The notes: a model not told the origin generated them from the sequence alone. A DNA stretch of 64,000 nucleotides from Thermoanaerobaculia bacterium (GCA_963816185.1 CAWFJJ010000029.1:32001-96000); one strand, 5' to 3'. Shown: positions 28,602 through 38,901, numbered from the stretch's first letter. Numbers and translations: made by a program.

Positions 28602-31562
28602 TCAGCTGCAGCCGCTCGTCGCTCCGCAATTCAGGCACTTGTAGCAGGCTCCGCTGCGCACCATGAGGCTGCCGCACTCGTGGCAGCTCGGCGCGTCGGC
28701 GCTGTTCTCGAACGTGAGCTTGCCCGCGCGCGCGGGCGCCGCGACGGCGAAACCGATGGCTCGCGGTTCGGGCGCCCCGGGGACCTGCGGCTTCGTGCTC
28801 GCGAGCGCCTGAAACGCCGCGGCCGCCGCGAGGACGGGGCCGGCCGTGGCCTCCGCGACGGCCGTCAGCGTCGCCTTGTTCTGCAGATCGGCCGGCGGCG
28901 CCGCGGAGCCTTTCTCCTCGCGCGAGATGACGCCCGCCTTCTCCTTGAGGTCCGCCGTCAGGAATTTCGAGGCGAGCCAGCGGAAGATGTAGTCGACGAG
29001 GCTCTTCGCGATCGGTATCTCGGGGTTCTTCGTGTAGCCCGAGGGCTCGAAGCGCATGTGGCTGAACTTCTCGACGAGCGCCTCCAGGGGCACGCCGTAC
29101 TGCAAGGTCAGGGAGATCGCGGTCGCGAACGAGTCCATGAGGCCTGAGATCGTGGAACCTTCCTTCGCCATCGTGAGGAAGATCTCGCCCGGCGTGCCGT
29201 CCTCGTACAGCCCCACCGTGATGTAGCCCTCGTGACCCGCGACGGAGAACTTGTGCGTGATCGCGCGGCGCTCGTCGGGGAGCTTGTGCCGGCGCGGCGT
29301 GCCGTCGGGCGCAGCCGAAGCGGCGGACGCGGCGGCCGGAGCGCCCGCGGCGCTCGCCCTCTGGCCGCGATGCCCCTTCACGGCGTCGTCGTTCTTGCTC
29401 GCCGCCGTGTTCAGCGGCTGCGTGCGCTTGCAGCCGTCACGGTAGATCGCGATGGCTTTCAGACCCATCTTCCAGCCCTGCATGTAGACGTCCGCGATCT
29501 CCTCGACGGTCGCGTCGTTCGGCATGTTCACGGTCTTGCTGATCGCGCCCGAGAGGAAGGGCTGAACGGCCGACATCATCCTGACGTGGCCCATCGGGGC
29601 GATCGAGCGCGTGCCGCCGAGCGCCTTGAACGCGCAGTCGAAGACCGGCAGGTGCTCGCTCTTCAGAGCAGGCGCACCCTCGATCGTCCCCTTCTCGTCG
29701 ACGAAGCTCACGATCGCGTGCATCTCGGCATCCGAGTAGCCGAGGCGGGTGAGCGCATGGGGGACGGTCTGGTTGACGATCTTGATCGTTCCGCCGCCGA
29801 CGAGCTTCTTGTACTTGACGAGCGCGAGGTCGGGCTCCACGCCCGTCGTGTCGCAGTCCATCATGAAACCGATCGTGCCCGTGGGCGCGAGAACCGTGGC
29901 CTGCGCGTTCCGGAACCCGTGCTGCCGCCCCGATTCGAGCGTCAGGTCCCAAACGGCGCGCTGTGCCTCGAGAAGGTCCTTCGGAACGCCGCTCTTCTCG
30001 ACGGCATAGGCCGCGTCGCGATGCATGGAGATGACCTCGAGGAACGCGTCGCGGTTCGGGGGATAGCCCGCGAAAGGCCCCATCTCGGCGGCGATCTTCG
30101 CGGACGTGAGGTAGGCCTGCCCGTGCATGAGACTCGTGACCGCTGCCGCGTAGTGTCGGCCCTCGTCACCGTCGTAGGGGAGGCCGTTGAACATCAGGAG
30201 GGCGCCGAGGTTCGCGTAGCCGAGGCCGATCGGGCGGAACGCGTGCGAATTCCTCTCGATGGCGGGCGTCGGGTACGAGGCCTCGCCGACGAGCATCTCC
30301 TGCGCCGCGAACACGACGTCCACGGCGTGCCGGAATTTTTCGATCTCGAAGCCCCCGTCCTCGCGGGCGAACTTCATGAGGTTCAGGGAGGCCAGATTGC
30401 ACGCCGAGTCGTCAATGAACATGTATTCCGAGCAAGGGTTCGACGCGTTGATCCGGTGCGTCCCCTTGCACGGATTCCATTTGTTGATGAGGGTGTCGTA
30501 CTGCATCCCGGGGTCGCCGCACACCCACGCCGACTCGGCCATCTTCATGAGCAGCGCCTTCGCGTCGAACGTCCCCATGGGCTCGCCCGTCGTGACGGCC
30601 TTCGTCGTGTGCGTGCCGCCCGCCTCGACGGCGCGCATGAACTCGTCCGTCACGCGCACGGAGTGGTTCGCGTTCTGGAACGCGATGTTCGCGTAGACCT
30701 CGCCGTTGAACGAGCCGTCCCACCCGGAGTCGATGAGGTCCCAGGCCTTCTTCTCCTCCCGCTCCTTGCACAGGATGAATTCCTCGATGTCCGGGTGGTC
30801 GACGTTGAGGATGACCATCTTCGCGGCGCGGCGCGTCTTGCCGCCCGACTTGATCGCGCCCGCGAAGCTGTCGAAGCCCTTCATGAAGGAGACCGGGCCG
30901 GACGCGATCCCGCCCGAGGAAAGCGACTCCGTCGACGAGCGAAGAGAGGAAAGGTTCGAGCCCGTGCCCGATCCGAACTTGAAGAGCATGCCTTCCGTCT
31001 TGGCGAGGTCGAGGATCGAGGACATCGAGTCGCCGACCGAATTGATGAAGCACGCCGACGCCTGAGGCTTCGGCTCGACGCCGACGTTGAACCAGACGGG
31101 GGAGTTGAAGCTCGCCGCCTGGTTCACGAGGATGTGGGCGAGCTCGTCCGAGAACGTGTCGCGGTCGGCCGCGGTGCGGAAATACCCGTTCTTCTGCCCG
31201 AAGAGGGTGATCGTGTCCACGACGCGGCCGATGAGCTGCTTGACTGAGCGCTCGCGCTGCGGCGTACCCGGCTTTCCGTGAAAGTACTTCTGCGCGACGA
31301 TGTTCGTCGCCGTCATCGACCAGCCTTTCGGGACCTCGACGTCCTTCTGCTCGAAGAAGACCTCGCCCTTCTCGTTCGTGATCGCCGCGGTACGGAGCTC
31401 CCACTCCAGCGCGTCGAAGGGGGGCGTGACGCCGTCGGTGAAGAGCCGCCGGAAGGTCAGGCCGGTGAGGCCGGTTCCGGCAGCAGGCCGTCCGGCCGCC
31501 GCCTTCTCCACCGGAGTTCCTGCCGCCGCGGGGCGCGTCTCTCGTCCGTTCGAGGTGCTCAT
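28602..31562 (-). CDS. nrdJ: Class II (B12-dependent) ribonucleotide reductase with C-terminal TSCPD/Zn-ribbon
   Basis: FNSPVWFN, ACFI, GKTRRAA, NPCSE, APTGTI, AISKTVN and a terminal CHEC...CLNC. Confidence 0.96.
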   Translation of the reverse strand: MSTSNGRETRPAAAGTPVEKAAAGRPAAGTGLTGLTFRRLFTDGVTPPFDALEWELRTAAITNEKGEVFFEQKDVEVPKGWSMTATNIVAQKYFHGKPGTPQRERSVKQLIGRVVDTITLFGQKNGYFRTAADRDTFSDELAHILVNQAASFNSPVWFNVGVEPKPQASACFINSVGDSMSSILDLAKTEGMLFKFGSGTGSNLSSLRSSTESLSSGGIASGPVSFMKGFDSFAGAIKSGGKTRRAAKMVILNVDHPDIEEFILCKEREEKKAWDLIDSGWDGSFNGEVYANIAFQNANHSVRVTDEFMRAVEAGGTHTTKAVTTGEPMGTFDAKALLMKMAESAWVCGDPGMQYDTLINKWNPCKGTHRINASNPCSEYMFIDDSACNLASLNLMKFAREDGGFEIEKFRHAVDVVFAAQEMLVGEASYPTPAIERNSHAFRPIGLGYANLGALLMFNGLPYDGDEGRHYAAAVTSLMHGQAYLTSAKIAAEMGPFAGYPPNRDAFLEVISMHRDAAYAVEKSGVPKDLLEAQRAVWDLTLESGRQHGFRNAQATVLAPTGTIGFMMDCDTTGVEPDLALVKYKKLVGGGTIKIVNQTVPHALTRLGYSDAEMHAIVSFVDEKGTIEGAPALKSEHLPVFDCAFKALGGTRSIAPMGHVRMMSAVQPFLSGAISKTVNMPNDATVEEIADVYMQGWKMGLKAIAIYRDGCKRTQPLNTAASKNDDAVKGHRGQRASAAGAPAAASAASAAPDGTPRRHKLPDERRAITHKFSVAGHEGYITVGLYEDGTPGEIFLTMAKEGSTISGLMDSFATAISLTLQYGVPLEALVEKFSHMRFEPSGYTKNPEIPIAKSLVDYIFRWLASKFLTADLKEKAGVISREEKGSAAPPADLQNKATLTAVAEATAGPVLAAAAAFQALASTKPQVPGAPEPRAIGFAVAAPARAGKLTFENSADAPSCHECGSLMVRSGACYKCLNCGATSGCS

Positions 31563-31710
31563 GGGTGAGAAAACCTCCCTTTTCCCGTCTTCCTTCCCCG
31601 CGAAGACGAAACTACCCCTTCTGCCAGCAGCCTGGCCTTTTTTCGCTTTTTCCGCGCTCTCGGCTTTCGCCTCGGCTCGGTCTCGCGTCCGGCGTATGGG
31701 GCTGTCTCAC

Positions 31711-31739
31711 AAGGTAATTCCGGCTTCCGCCTTTTTCAA
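31711..31739 (-). promoter_or_regulatory. sigma70-type promoter of nrdJ
   Basis: Minus strand TTGAAA-N17-TACCTT. Confidence 0.6.
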
Positions 31740-31747
31740 GGGAAAAA

Positions 31748-31794
31748 ACGCTACCGATAGTGTTTTTATATCTCTCGCCCACTAGATAGTGGGG
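31748..31794. promoter_or_regulatory. Tandem NrdR boxes
   Basis: ACGCTACCGATAGTGT (31748-31763) and CCACTAGATAGTGGGG (31779-31794) resemble acaCwAtATaTwGtgt, have a 31-bp period, and lie upstream of nrdJ. Confidence 0.7.
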
Positions 31795-31907
31795 GTACAG
31801 GCCTCTTTCGCCGGGGAGCCAATTGTAGGCAATCCCGTTTGACTTCAGGCGCGCGGGACGCCAAGATTCGTTCTCAACGAGCGGCGTCTCGCCGCGGGAG
31901 GGTATTC

Positions 31908-32285
31908 ATGTCCAGCGCCACCGAGACCGCGGCCATCCAGGCCACGTCGCCGTCCGTCTTCATCCTCAACGTCACCGACCGCGCGGTCGACAAGGTCAAG
32001 GATTTCGCCTCGAAAATGCCGGACGCCGCGGGCAAGGCCCTGCGCGTCTTCATCCAGGGCGGCGGCTGCTCGGGCTTTCAGTACGGCTTCACGTTCGACG
32101 AGAAGCGCCCGACCGACCACGTCCTCGCCGTGCGCGACATCGAGGTCATCGTCGACCCGCAGAGTGCGCTGAAGCTGCATGGCGCCACGGTGGACTTCAT
32201 CGAGGACATGCGCGGCGCCGGCTTCTCGGTCGAGAACCCGAACGCGACGGGCGGGAGCTGCGGCTGCGGCAAGTCGTTCAGCTGA
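31908..32285 (+). CDS. erpA: A-type Fe-S carrier (ErpA/IscA/HesB)
   Basis: GGGCSGFQY and NPNA...CGCGKSF motifs; GGGAGG RBS. Confidence 0.9.
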   Translation: MSSATETAAIQATSPSVFILNVTDRAVDKVKDFASKMPDAAGKALRVFIQGGGCSGFQYGFTFDEKRPTDHVLAVRDIEVIVDPQSALKLHGATVDFIEDMRGAGFSVENPNATGGSCGCGKSFS

Positions 32286-35200
32286 GCCCCGGCTTCCCCT
32301 TCCCGCAGATCCGGCCGATCCGTTCGGCGAGGGAGCTCCCGGCCAGCCCGGCGGCGGCCGCGTCCCGCGCGGGATCGCCCACGGCGCGGGCGACGCGCGC
32401 GTGGAGGCCCGCGTCGACCGGCAGAATCCGGCGCCCCGCGTCCACGACGAGCGGAGAAACCGCGGCGACGCATTCCGCGGCGCCGCCAGGGTCTCCCTCG
32501 ATCCGCCTGACCTCCGCGAGGCCGATGAGGCAGGAGGCCAGATGCTCCGGCTTCTCGGCCCCCTCCGGGCGCGACAGAAGCGCCTTCCGGAACCGCCGCG
32601 ACGCTCCCGAAAGGTCTCCCTGCGCGAGCGCCACGTGCCCGAGCCCCGCGAGCGACCAGGCCGCGTTCGCGCTGCTCCCGAGGGCCCTCTCCTCCGAGCG
32701 GCTCTCCCTGTAACGCTTCTCGGCGTCGCCGAGGTCGCCCATGCAGCGGGCCACGTCGCCCAGCACGTTCAACGTGCGCGCAATCAGCCATCGGTCGCCG
32801 AGCTCGCGCTGGAGGGCGAGGCACCCTTCCAGGCGGCGGCGCGCCTCGGCGAAGTCCCCGCTCCGGAGCGCCACGACGCCGAGGTTGCGCAGGGCGCGCG
32901 AGGAATTCCACGTGTCGCCGCGCGCGCGGCATACGGCGAGCGCCTCCTCGAAGTCGCCTCGCGCGGCGGCGAGGTCGTCGGGCTCGATCGCGTTCAGGAT
33001 GACGTGCGCGCGCATCGCCTCGTCGCCGAGGGCCCGATAGATTTCCGCGCTCTCGGTGACGAGACGGCGCGCCTCGGCGTGCCGTCCCCGGGATTCGGCG
33101 ACGAGTGAGAGGGTCGCGAGTGTCCGGGCGATCCCTTGCTGGTCCTCCCGGGCCGTGCTGATGCTCAACGCTTCTTCTGCCGCAGCCGCGGCTCCCTCGT
33201 GGTCCCCCTGGAGCCAGCGCAGCAGAGCGAGGCTCCGGAGGGCGGCGGCCCGCGCGGGCGCCGAGCCGCCCCGGGACAGCACCTCGGAGAGCGCGGCAGA
33301 GCCCTCGCCGAGCAGGCTGCGGAAGATCCAGTAGTAGAGAAGGTCCGCCGCGATCTCCAGACCGAGATCCGCGTCGCCCCCGTCGGACGCGCACCAGGCC
33401 AGCGCCGCACGGAGGTTGTCATGGTCCGCTCCGAGGCGGGCGAGGTGCCGCGCACGCTCGGCGCTCATGAGGTGGCGCTCCGTCACCGCCGCGAGGCCCG
33501 CGAACCGCCGTGTGTGGGCGCGGCGCGCGGGCCCTTCCTCGCCACGCGTTCCGAGACGCTCCAGCCCGTACTCCCGGATCGTCTCGAGCATCGCGTACCG
33601 CGGTTCGGCGTCCTCGCCGGTGAGACCGAGCAGGCTCTTGTCGACGAGAGAAGCCACGCCGTCGAGGACGTCGAGAGCGAGCGGGCCGACCTCCGAGCAC
33701 ACCGCCTCGGCGGCCTCGAGCGTGAAGCCGCCTCTGAACACCGAAAGGCGCGCGAAGAGCGCCTGCTCCTCGGCCGGGAGGAGGTCGTGGCTCCAGCCGA
33801 TGGCGTCGCGCAGCGTCTGCTGCCGGGCGGGAAGGTCCCGCGCGCCGCCCGTGAGGAGCGACAGGCGGCTCGACAGGCGCCGAAGGAGCGCCTCGGGCGC
33901 GAGGTGCCGGATCCGCGCGGCGGCCAGCTCGATCGCGAGCGGGAGGCCGTCCAGCCTCGCGCAGATCCGGGCGACGTCGGGCGCGTTCTCCCTCGTCAGG
34001 GAGAATCCCGGCCTCGCGGCGGCCGCCCGCTCGCAGAAGAGCGCGACGGATTCGAACGTGAGGAGCTCATCCGGACCCGCCTCACCCGCCCCGGGGAGAC
34101 GGAGCGGCGGCACCTGCACCTCGACCTCGGTGCTCACGTGGAGCCGGGCACGGCTCGTCACGAGGAGCGAAAGCCGTGGCGCCGCGAGAAGAAGCTCCGC
34201 GAGCCGGGGAGCCGCGGAGACGAGCTGCTCGAAGTTGTCGAGCACCACGAGGAGATGCCGGCTCGAGAGAAAGCGCGAGAGAGCATCGGACAACGTCACG
34301 TCCGGAACCTCGCCGAGGCCCACGGCCTGTGCGATCGCCGACGGGAGAAGGCTCGGGTCCCGGAGGGCCGCGAGCTCGACGAGGAACACGCCGTCCGCGA
34401 ACGAACCCTGCGCCTCCTCCGCGGCCCGGAGCGCGAGCCGCGTCTTCCCGGTTCCGCCGGGTCCGGTCAGCGTGACGAGCCGCGACCTCACGAGCGCATC
34501 CGCGACGCGCTCGAGCTCCGCCCGCCGCCCCACGAAGCTCGTGAGAGGGAGTCGGACGCTCGGCGCAGGCCGACGAGCCTCCGCGACGGAGGGGGCGGAG
34601 GAAGACGGACCGCGGCGGACGCGGAGGAGATCGGCCCTGAGGTCGGCGGCCGTCTGATAGCGGAGCCGGACGTCTTTCTCGAGCGCCCGCATGATCACCG
34701 CGGCCAGCTCGTGCGACAGGCCGGAAATGAGTGCGTCCGGCGCGAGAGGGACGGCATGGAGGATCGCGTCCACGACGAGCGCCGGGTTCTTCGCGGCGAA
34801 CGGGCGGCGGCCCGTCGCCATCTCGTAGAGGACGACCCCGAACGAGAAGATGTCGGTTCGGGCGTCGACCGGCTCGGCCCGCACCTGTTCCGGAGACATG
34901 TAGGGGACCGTTCCGATCACGGTGCCCTGCGTCGTCATCGGGCTGGCTCCGGTGACCGTCTCGGCCTCCGGTTGGATGGCCGGTGACCCGGCCAGCTTCG
35001 CGATCCCGAAATCGAGGATCTTCGCCCCGGCCGTATTCGTGAGGAAGACGTTGGCGGGCTTCAGGTCCCGATGGACGATCCCCTTTCCCCCCGCCGCCTC
35101 GAGCGCCCCGGCGAGCTGGAGGGCCACGTCGAGCAACTCGTCGAAGGGCAGCCGGCCGCTCTCGAGGCGCTCGAGAAGCGTCGTTCCCTCGAGCCGCTCC

Positions 35201-35457
35201 ATGACGAGGTACGGCTCCCCGTCGTATGCGCCGACGTCGTAGACCGTGCAGATGTTCGGATGGTTGAGTGCCGAGGAGGCGCGCGCCTCGAGCTGGAACC
35301 GCTGGAGAGCCTCCGGGTCCCGCGCCAGCTTCGGGGGCAGGAACTTGAGAGCCACCCGCCGCCCCAGACGTAGGTCCTCGGCCTCATAGACGACACCCAT
35401 CCCGCCGCCGCCCAGCGGCGCGAGGACCCGATAGTGAGAGATCGTCTTGCCGAGCAT
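32278..35457 (-). CDS. Ser/Thr kinase - STAND/NB-ARC-type ATPase - TPR protein
   Basis: Start at MLGKTISHY; HRDLKPAN and DFG; Walker A GPGGTGKT; LDNFE; LDGLPLAIELAAA; TPR tail. Confidence 0.92.
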   Translation of the reverse strand: MLGKTISHYRVLAPLGGGGMGVVYEAEDLRLGRRVALKFLPPKLARDPEALQRFQLEARASSALNHPNICTVYDVGAYDGEPYLVMERLEGTTLLERLESGRLPFDELLDVALQLAGALEAAGGKGIVHRDLKPANVFLTNTAGAKILDFGIAKLAGSPAIQPEAETVTGASPMTTQGTVIGTVPYMSPEQVRAEPVDARTDIFSFGVVLYEMATGRRPFAAKNPALVVDAILHAVPLAPDALISGLSHELAAVIMRALEKDVRLRYQTAADLRADLLRVRRGPSSSAPSVAEARRPAPSVRLPLTSFVGRRAELERVADALVRSRLVTLTGPGGTGKTRLALRAAEEAQGSFADGVFLVELAALRDPSLLPSAIAQAVGLGEVPDVTLSDALSRFLSSRHLLVVLDNFEQLVSAAPRLAELLLAAPRLSLLVTSRARLHVSTEVEVQVPPLRLPGAGEAGPDELLTFESVALFCERAAAARPGFSLTRENAPDVARICARLDGLPLAIELAAARIRHLAPEALLRRLSSRLSLLTGGARDLPARQQTLRDAIGWSHDLLPAEEQALFARLSVFRGGFTLEAAEAVCSEVGPLALDVLDGVASLVDKSLLGLTGEDAEPRYAMLETIREYGLERLGTRGEEGPARRAHTRRFAGLAAVTERHLMSAERARHLARLGADHDNLRAALAWCASDGGDADLGLEIAADLLYYWIFRSLLGEGSAALSEVLSRGGSAPARAAALRSLALLRWLQGDHEGAAAAAEEALSISTAREDQQGIARTLATLSLVAESRGRHAEARRLVTESAEIYRALGDEAMRAHVILNAIEPDDLAAARGDFEEALAVCRARGDTWNSSRALRNLGVVALRSGDFAEARRRLEGCLALQRELGDRWLIARTLNVLGDVARCMGDLGDAEKRYRESRSEERALGSSANAAWSLAGLGHVALAQGDLSGASRRFRKALLSRPEGAEKPEHLASCLIGLAEVRRIEGDPGGAAECVAAVSPLVVDAGRRILPVDAGLHARVARAVGDPARDAAAAGLAGSSLAERIGRICGKGKPGLS

Positions 35458-35484
35458 CGCGACGGACCGCTTATAGTCCACTCC

Positions 35485-36693
35485 GTGGCGGCGAAAGGGA
35501 ACAGCATCCTGAAGATCGTCTTCCTGACGGTCTTCATCGACCTTCTCGGCTTCGGGATCGTGATCCCGCTCCTGCCGCTCTATGCCGAGAAGTACCACCC
35601 GTCCCCGGTCGCGTTCGGGCTCCTCATGTCGAGCTACTCGGCGATGCAGTTCCTGTGCGCGCCTCTCCTCGGGCGCCTCTCCGACCGCTTCGGCCGGCGC
35701 CCGGTTCTCCTCGTCTCCCTCGCGGGCACCGTCGTCGGCTATCTGCTGTTCGCGTTCGCGCGCTCGTTGACGGTGCTCTTCGCGTCCCGCCTGCTCGACG
35801 GAGCCACGGGCGGAAACATCGGGACCGCCCACGCGGTCATCGCCGACACCACGCGCCCCGAAGAACGCGCCCGCGGCATGGGGCTCGTGGGGATGGCCTT
35901 CGGTCTCGGGTTCATCTTCGGGCCCGCCATCGCGGGTTTCACGGTCGGTCTCGGCCCGAGCGCCCCCGGCCTCGCGGCGGCGTCGCTCTCGTTCGCCGCG
36001 CTCGTCTGGGCCTTTCTGAAGCTGCCCGAGACGCGCCCCGAAGGCGGAAAAGGCGTGCGTTTTTCCATCCTCTCCTTCGCGGGGCTCGCGCGCGCGTTCC
36101 GCCGGCCGGAAATCGGCGCCCTCATGCTCCTCTCGTTCGTGACGACGACGGCCTTCGCGATGTTCGAGTCTACGTTCGCCCAGTTCGTGTCGCTGCGCCT
36201 CGGAGCCGGCGCGTCCACGGTCGCGTGGTTCTTCGTTTTCGTCGGCGTGTGCTCGGCTCTCGTTCAGGGAGTGCTCGTGCGGCGTCTCGTGGCGCGCGTC
36301 GGGGAAGCGCGTCTCGTCGTGGCCGGTGCCGTGCTCCTCGTCTCGGGCTTCGTCGGCCTCAAGGCCGCGGACTCGGTCGGGATCCTTCTCCTCGCAATCG
36401 CCGTGATCGCGCTCGGGATCGGCATCACGACGCCGACGCTCTCCTCTCTCGTGAGCCGGCGCTCGGCGGCGGGGGAGCAGGGGGCGATCCTCGGGGCATA
36501 CCAGTCGATGAGCTCCTTGGGCCGCGTTCTCGGGCCCTTCGGGAGCGAGAACCTCTATTTCAGGATCGGGCCCGACTGGCCGCACTGGGCCGCGGCCGCG
36601 CTCGAGGCCGCCGCGTTCTCCCTTTCCGCAATCGGTCTCCTGAGAGACAATGGCCGCGGCTCGCGCGCGCCGCGCGCGAACCTCGTCACATGA
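35485..36693 (+). CDS. MFS transporter (TetA/DHA1-like)
   Basis: GRLSDRFGRRP motif A and 12 TM helices; GTG start 7 nt after TATAGT. Confidence 0.92.
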   Translation: MAAKGNSILKIVFLTVFIDLLGFGIVIPLLPLYAEKYHPSPVAFGLLMSSYSAMQFLCAPLLGRLSDRFGRRPVLLVSLAGTVVGYLLFAFARSLTVLFASRLLDGATGGNIGTAHAVIADTTRPEERARGMGLVGMAFGLGFIFGPAIAGFTVGLGPSAPGLAAASLSFAALVWAFLKLPETRPEGGKGVRFSILSFAGLARAFRRPEIGALMLLSFVTTTAFAMFESTFAQFVSLRLGAGASTVAWFFVFVGVCSALVQGVLVRRLVARVGEARLVVAGAVLLVSGFVGLKAADSVGILLLAIAVIALGIGITTPTLSSLVSRRSAAGEQGAILGAYQSMSSLGRVLGPFGSENLYFRIGPDWPHWAAAALEAAAFSLSAIGLLRDNGRGSRAPRANLVT

Positions 36694-37250
36694 CGCCGCT
36701 GGCCGAGACCGTCCACACCCTCGCGCGCGACTGCGAAGCGATCCGCATCCCGAGCGGAGAGCCCGTCACGCTGGCCGCCGGCACGCCCGTCTATCTCACG
36801 CAGTCCCTCGGCGGGACCTTCACCGTGCAAGCCCCCACGCTCGGCGGACTCTTCCGGATCGCCGGGTCAGACGCCGACGCCCTGGGCCTCGCGACACTTG
36901 CAGGGGACGCGGCGGGACGGGTGGCGGCATCCGGGCCCGTGGAAGAAGCGGCCGTTTGGGACCGCCTGCGCACCGTGTACGACCCCGAGATTCCCGTGAA
37001 CATCGTCGACCTCGGCCTCGTGTACGACCTTCGCATCCTTCCCGCGGCCGCCGCGGGGGAGCGGGTCGAGGTGAAGATGACGCTGACCGCTCCCGGCTGC
37101 GGCATGGGCAGCACGATCGCCGCCGACGCGCAGGCCAAAATCGCGACCGTGCCCGGCGTCGCGGAAGCGGAGGTCGTGGTCGTGTGGGATCCGCCCTGGA
37201 GCGCGGAGATGATGACGCCCGAGGGAAAGCGGCTTCTCGGAATCGCCTGA
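36690..37250 (+). CDS. sufT: Fe-S cluster assembly protein SufT (long DUF59 form)
   Basis: TQSLGGTFTV, YDPEIPVNIVDLGLVY, TLTAPGCGMG and VWDPPW motifs. Confidence 0.92.
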   Translation: MTPLAETVHTLARDCEAIRIPSGEPVTLAAGTPVYLTQSLGGTFTVQAPTLGGLFRIAGSDADALGLATLAGDAAGRVAASGPVEEAAVWDRLRTVYDPEIPVNIVDLGLVYDLRILPAAAAGERVEVKMTLTAPGCGMGSTIAADAQAKIATVPGVAEAEVVVVWDPPWSAEMMTPEGKRLLGIA

Positions 37251-37256
37251 CTGCTC

Positions 37257-37337
37257 TACTGGAGTCTCACGCTCTCCGGGGGCTTACCTTCGGGCGCCCC
37301 GGACCCCCAAGTCGCGTTCGCTTTACTGGAGTCTCAC
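37257..37337. repeat. 14-bp direct repeat duplicating a gene 3' end and flanking a GC hairpin
   Basis: TACTGGAGTCTCAC at 37257-37270 and 37324-37337. Confidence 0.8.
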
Positions 37338-37664
37338 TCTTCCTGCAAACCCCTCCTCGTAGCCGTGGAAGAACTCGAGGGACTCCTCGGGCCATCTCCA
37401 GCAGTAGTAGCCCGCGCCCGAGTCGAAATCGACGAGCCATGGCCCTTTCACCTCGATCCCAAGATCCTCGATCCCCTGCGCCCATTTGGCGAGCGTCTCG
37501 GCCACGGCCCTCTCTGCCCGCGCCCCGCCGGCCTCGGACCCGTCGTCCGAGGGGATCGCAAGGTGTGAAAGCGCCTCGACCGCCCGCCGGGTCCGCTCTC
37601 TCACCTCGGGCAGGAGGGCGCGCGCTTCCTCGAACGTGAACGTCCGCCGCGGAGTCTCGCTCAT
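37323..37664 (-). CDS. DUF2203 family protein
   Basis: FTFEEARALLP, GIEVKG..LVDF and YCWRWPE...FFHGYEEGFAGR motifs. Confidence 0.88.
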   Translation of the reverse strand: MSETPRRTFTFEEARALLPEVRERTRRAVEALSHLAIPSDDGSEAGGARAERAVAETLAKWAQGIEDLGIEVKGPWLVDFDSGAGYYCWRWPEESLEFFHGYEEGFAGRVRLQ

Positions 37665-37705
37665 CCCGCCGAGGATAACCCGTCCCAAGCCTATGATCCG
37701 CCCTC

Positions 37706-38882
37706 GTGAAGGCGCTCGCGAGGGGCGAGGCGGAGGTTCAGGCCGAGGCCGTCCGCCTCCGCCGTGAGATCCACGCACGGCCGGAGATCGCGTTCGAGGA
37801 GATCGAGACGGCCCGCCTCGTCGCGGACCGCATGCGCGCGCGCTCTTTCGTCGTGCGCACGGGAGTCGGGAGAACGGGCGTTCTGGCCGTCCTCGACACG
37901 GGGCGGCCGGGAAAGACGATCCTCCTCCGGGCCGACATGGACGCGCTTCCCCTCGCCGAGAAGACGGGCCTGGCCTTCGCCGCGACGAACGGGAAGATGC
38001 ACGCGTGCGGGCATGACGGACACGTCGCGGCGCTGGACGCGGCCGCGGACCTTCTGGTCCTCGACCCGTCCGGCGAAGGGACGGGTCGTCTTCGCGTTTC
38101 AGCCGGGAGAGGAAGGCGCCGGCGGCGCGCAGGCCATGATCGCCGACGGCGTCCTCGACGATCCCCGCCCCGACGCCGTTTTCGGCGTGCACCTGTGGGC
38201 GGCTCTGCCGCTCGGCCACGTCGGCGTCGCGCGCGACGCGATGATGGCCGCCGTGGACGAGTTTCTCATCGACGTGACGAGTCCCGGGGGACACGCGGCC
38301 TCGCCGCACGAGACGCGCGACACGATCGTGGCCGCCGCTCACGTCGTCACCGCGCTCCAGACGATCGTCGCGCGGCGGCTCTCGCCGCTCCTGCCTGCGG
38401 TCGTCTCCGTGACCTCGGTGCACGGTGGCTCGGCCTTCAACATCCTGCCCGAGTCCGTGACGCTCCGGGGCACGTGCCGGTCGTTCGACGCCGAGGTCGC
38501 CGACCGCCTTCCGTCCCTCGTCCGCGAGGTCGCGGAGCTCGCGGCGCGATCGCTCGGATGCGAAGCGAAGACGGTGTACCGGAAGATCAATCCCGCGGTC
38601 GTGAACCACCCGCGCGAGGCGGAGCGCGTTCAGCGCGTGGCGGCGGCGCTTTCTCCGCTCGCATCATCGGGGCGCGTCACGACGTCCTGCCGCACGATGG
38701 GCGGCGAGGACTTCAGCGAGTTTCTCCTGCGCGTCCCGGGCGCGTTCGCGTTCGTCGGCGCGGCGCCGGCCGGGGGCCCTCGCGGTCCGCATCACGCGCC
38801 CGATTTCGACTTCGACGAGCGCGCCCTGCCGCACGCCGCGCTCTTGCTCGCGGGCTTCGCGCGCGACGTTCTCCGAGACTGA
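37706..38882 (+). pseudogene. M20D amidohydrolase with one frameshift near 38070 (possibly a sequencing error)
   Basis: Frame 1 carries RADMDALP and MHACGHDGH; the next frame continues with FQPGEEG, GGHAA.PH, GGEDFS and HHAPDF. Confidence 0.85.
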
Positions 38883-38901
38883 GGCCTTGAAGCGCTGACG
38901 C

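Noticed and set aside
31563-31710. Cobalamin riboswitch upstream of nrdJ
   Set aside because: No recognisable B12-box or core motifs by eye; an Rfam scan would settle it.
35458-36585. 1435-aa kinase ORF with a long N-terminal extension
   Set aside because: The extension is the antisense shadow of the MFS gene; the kinase starts at 35457.
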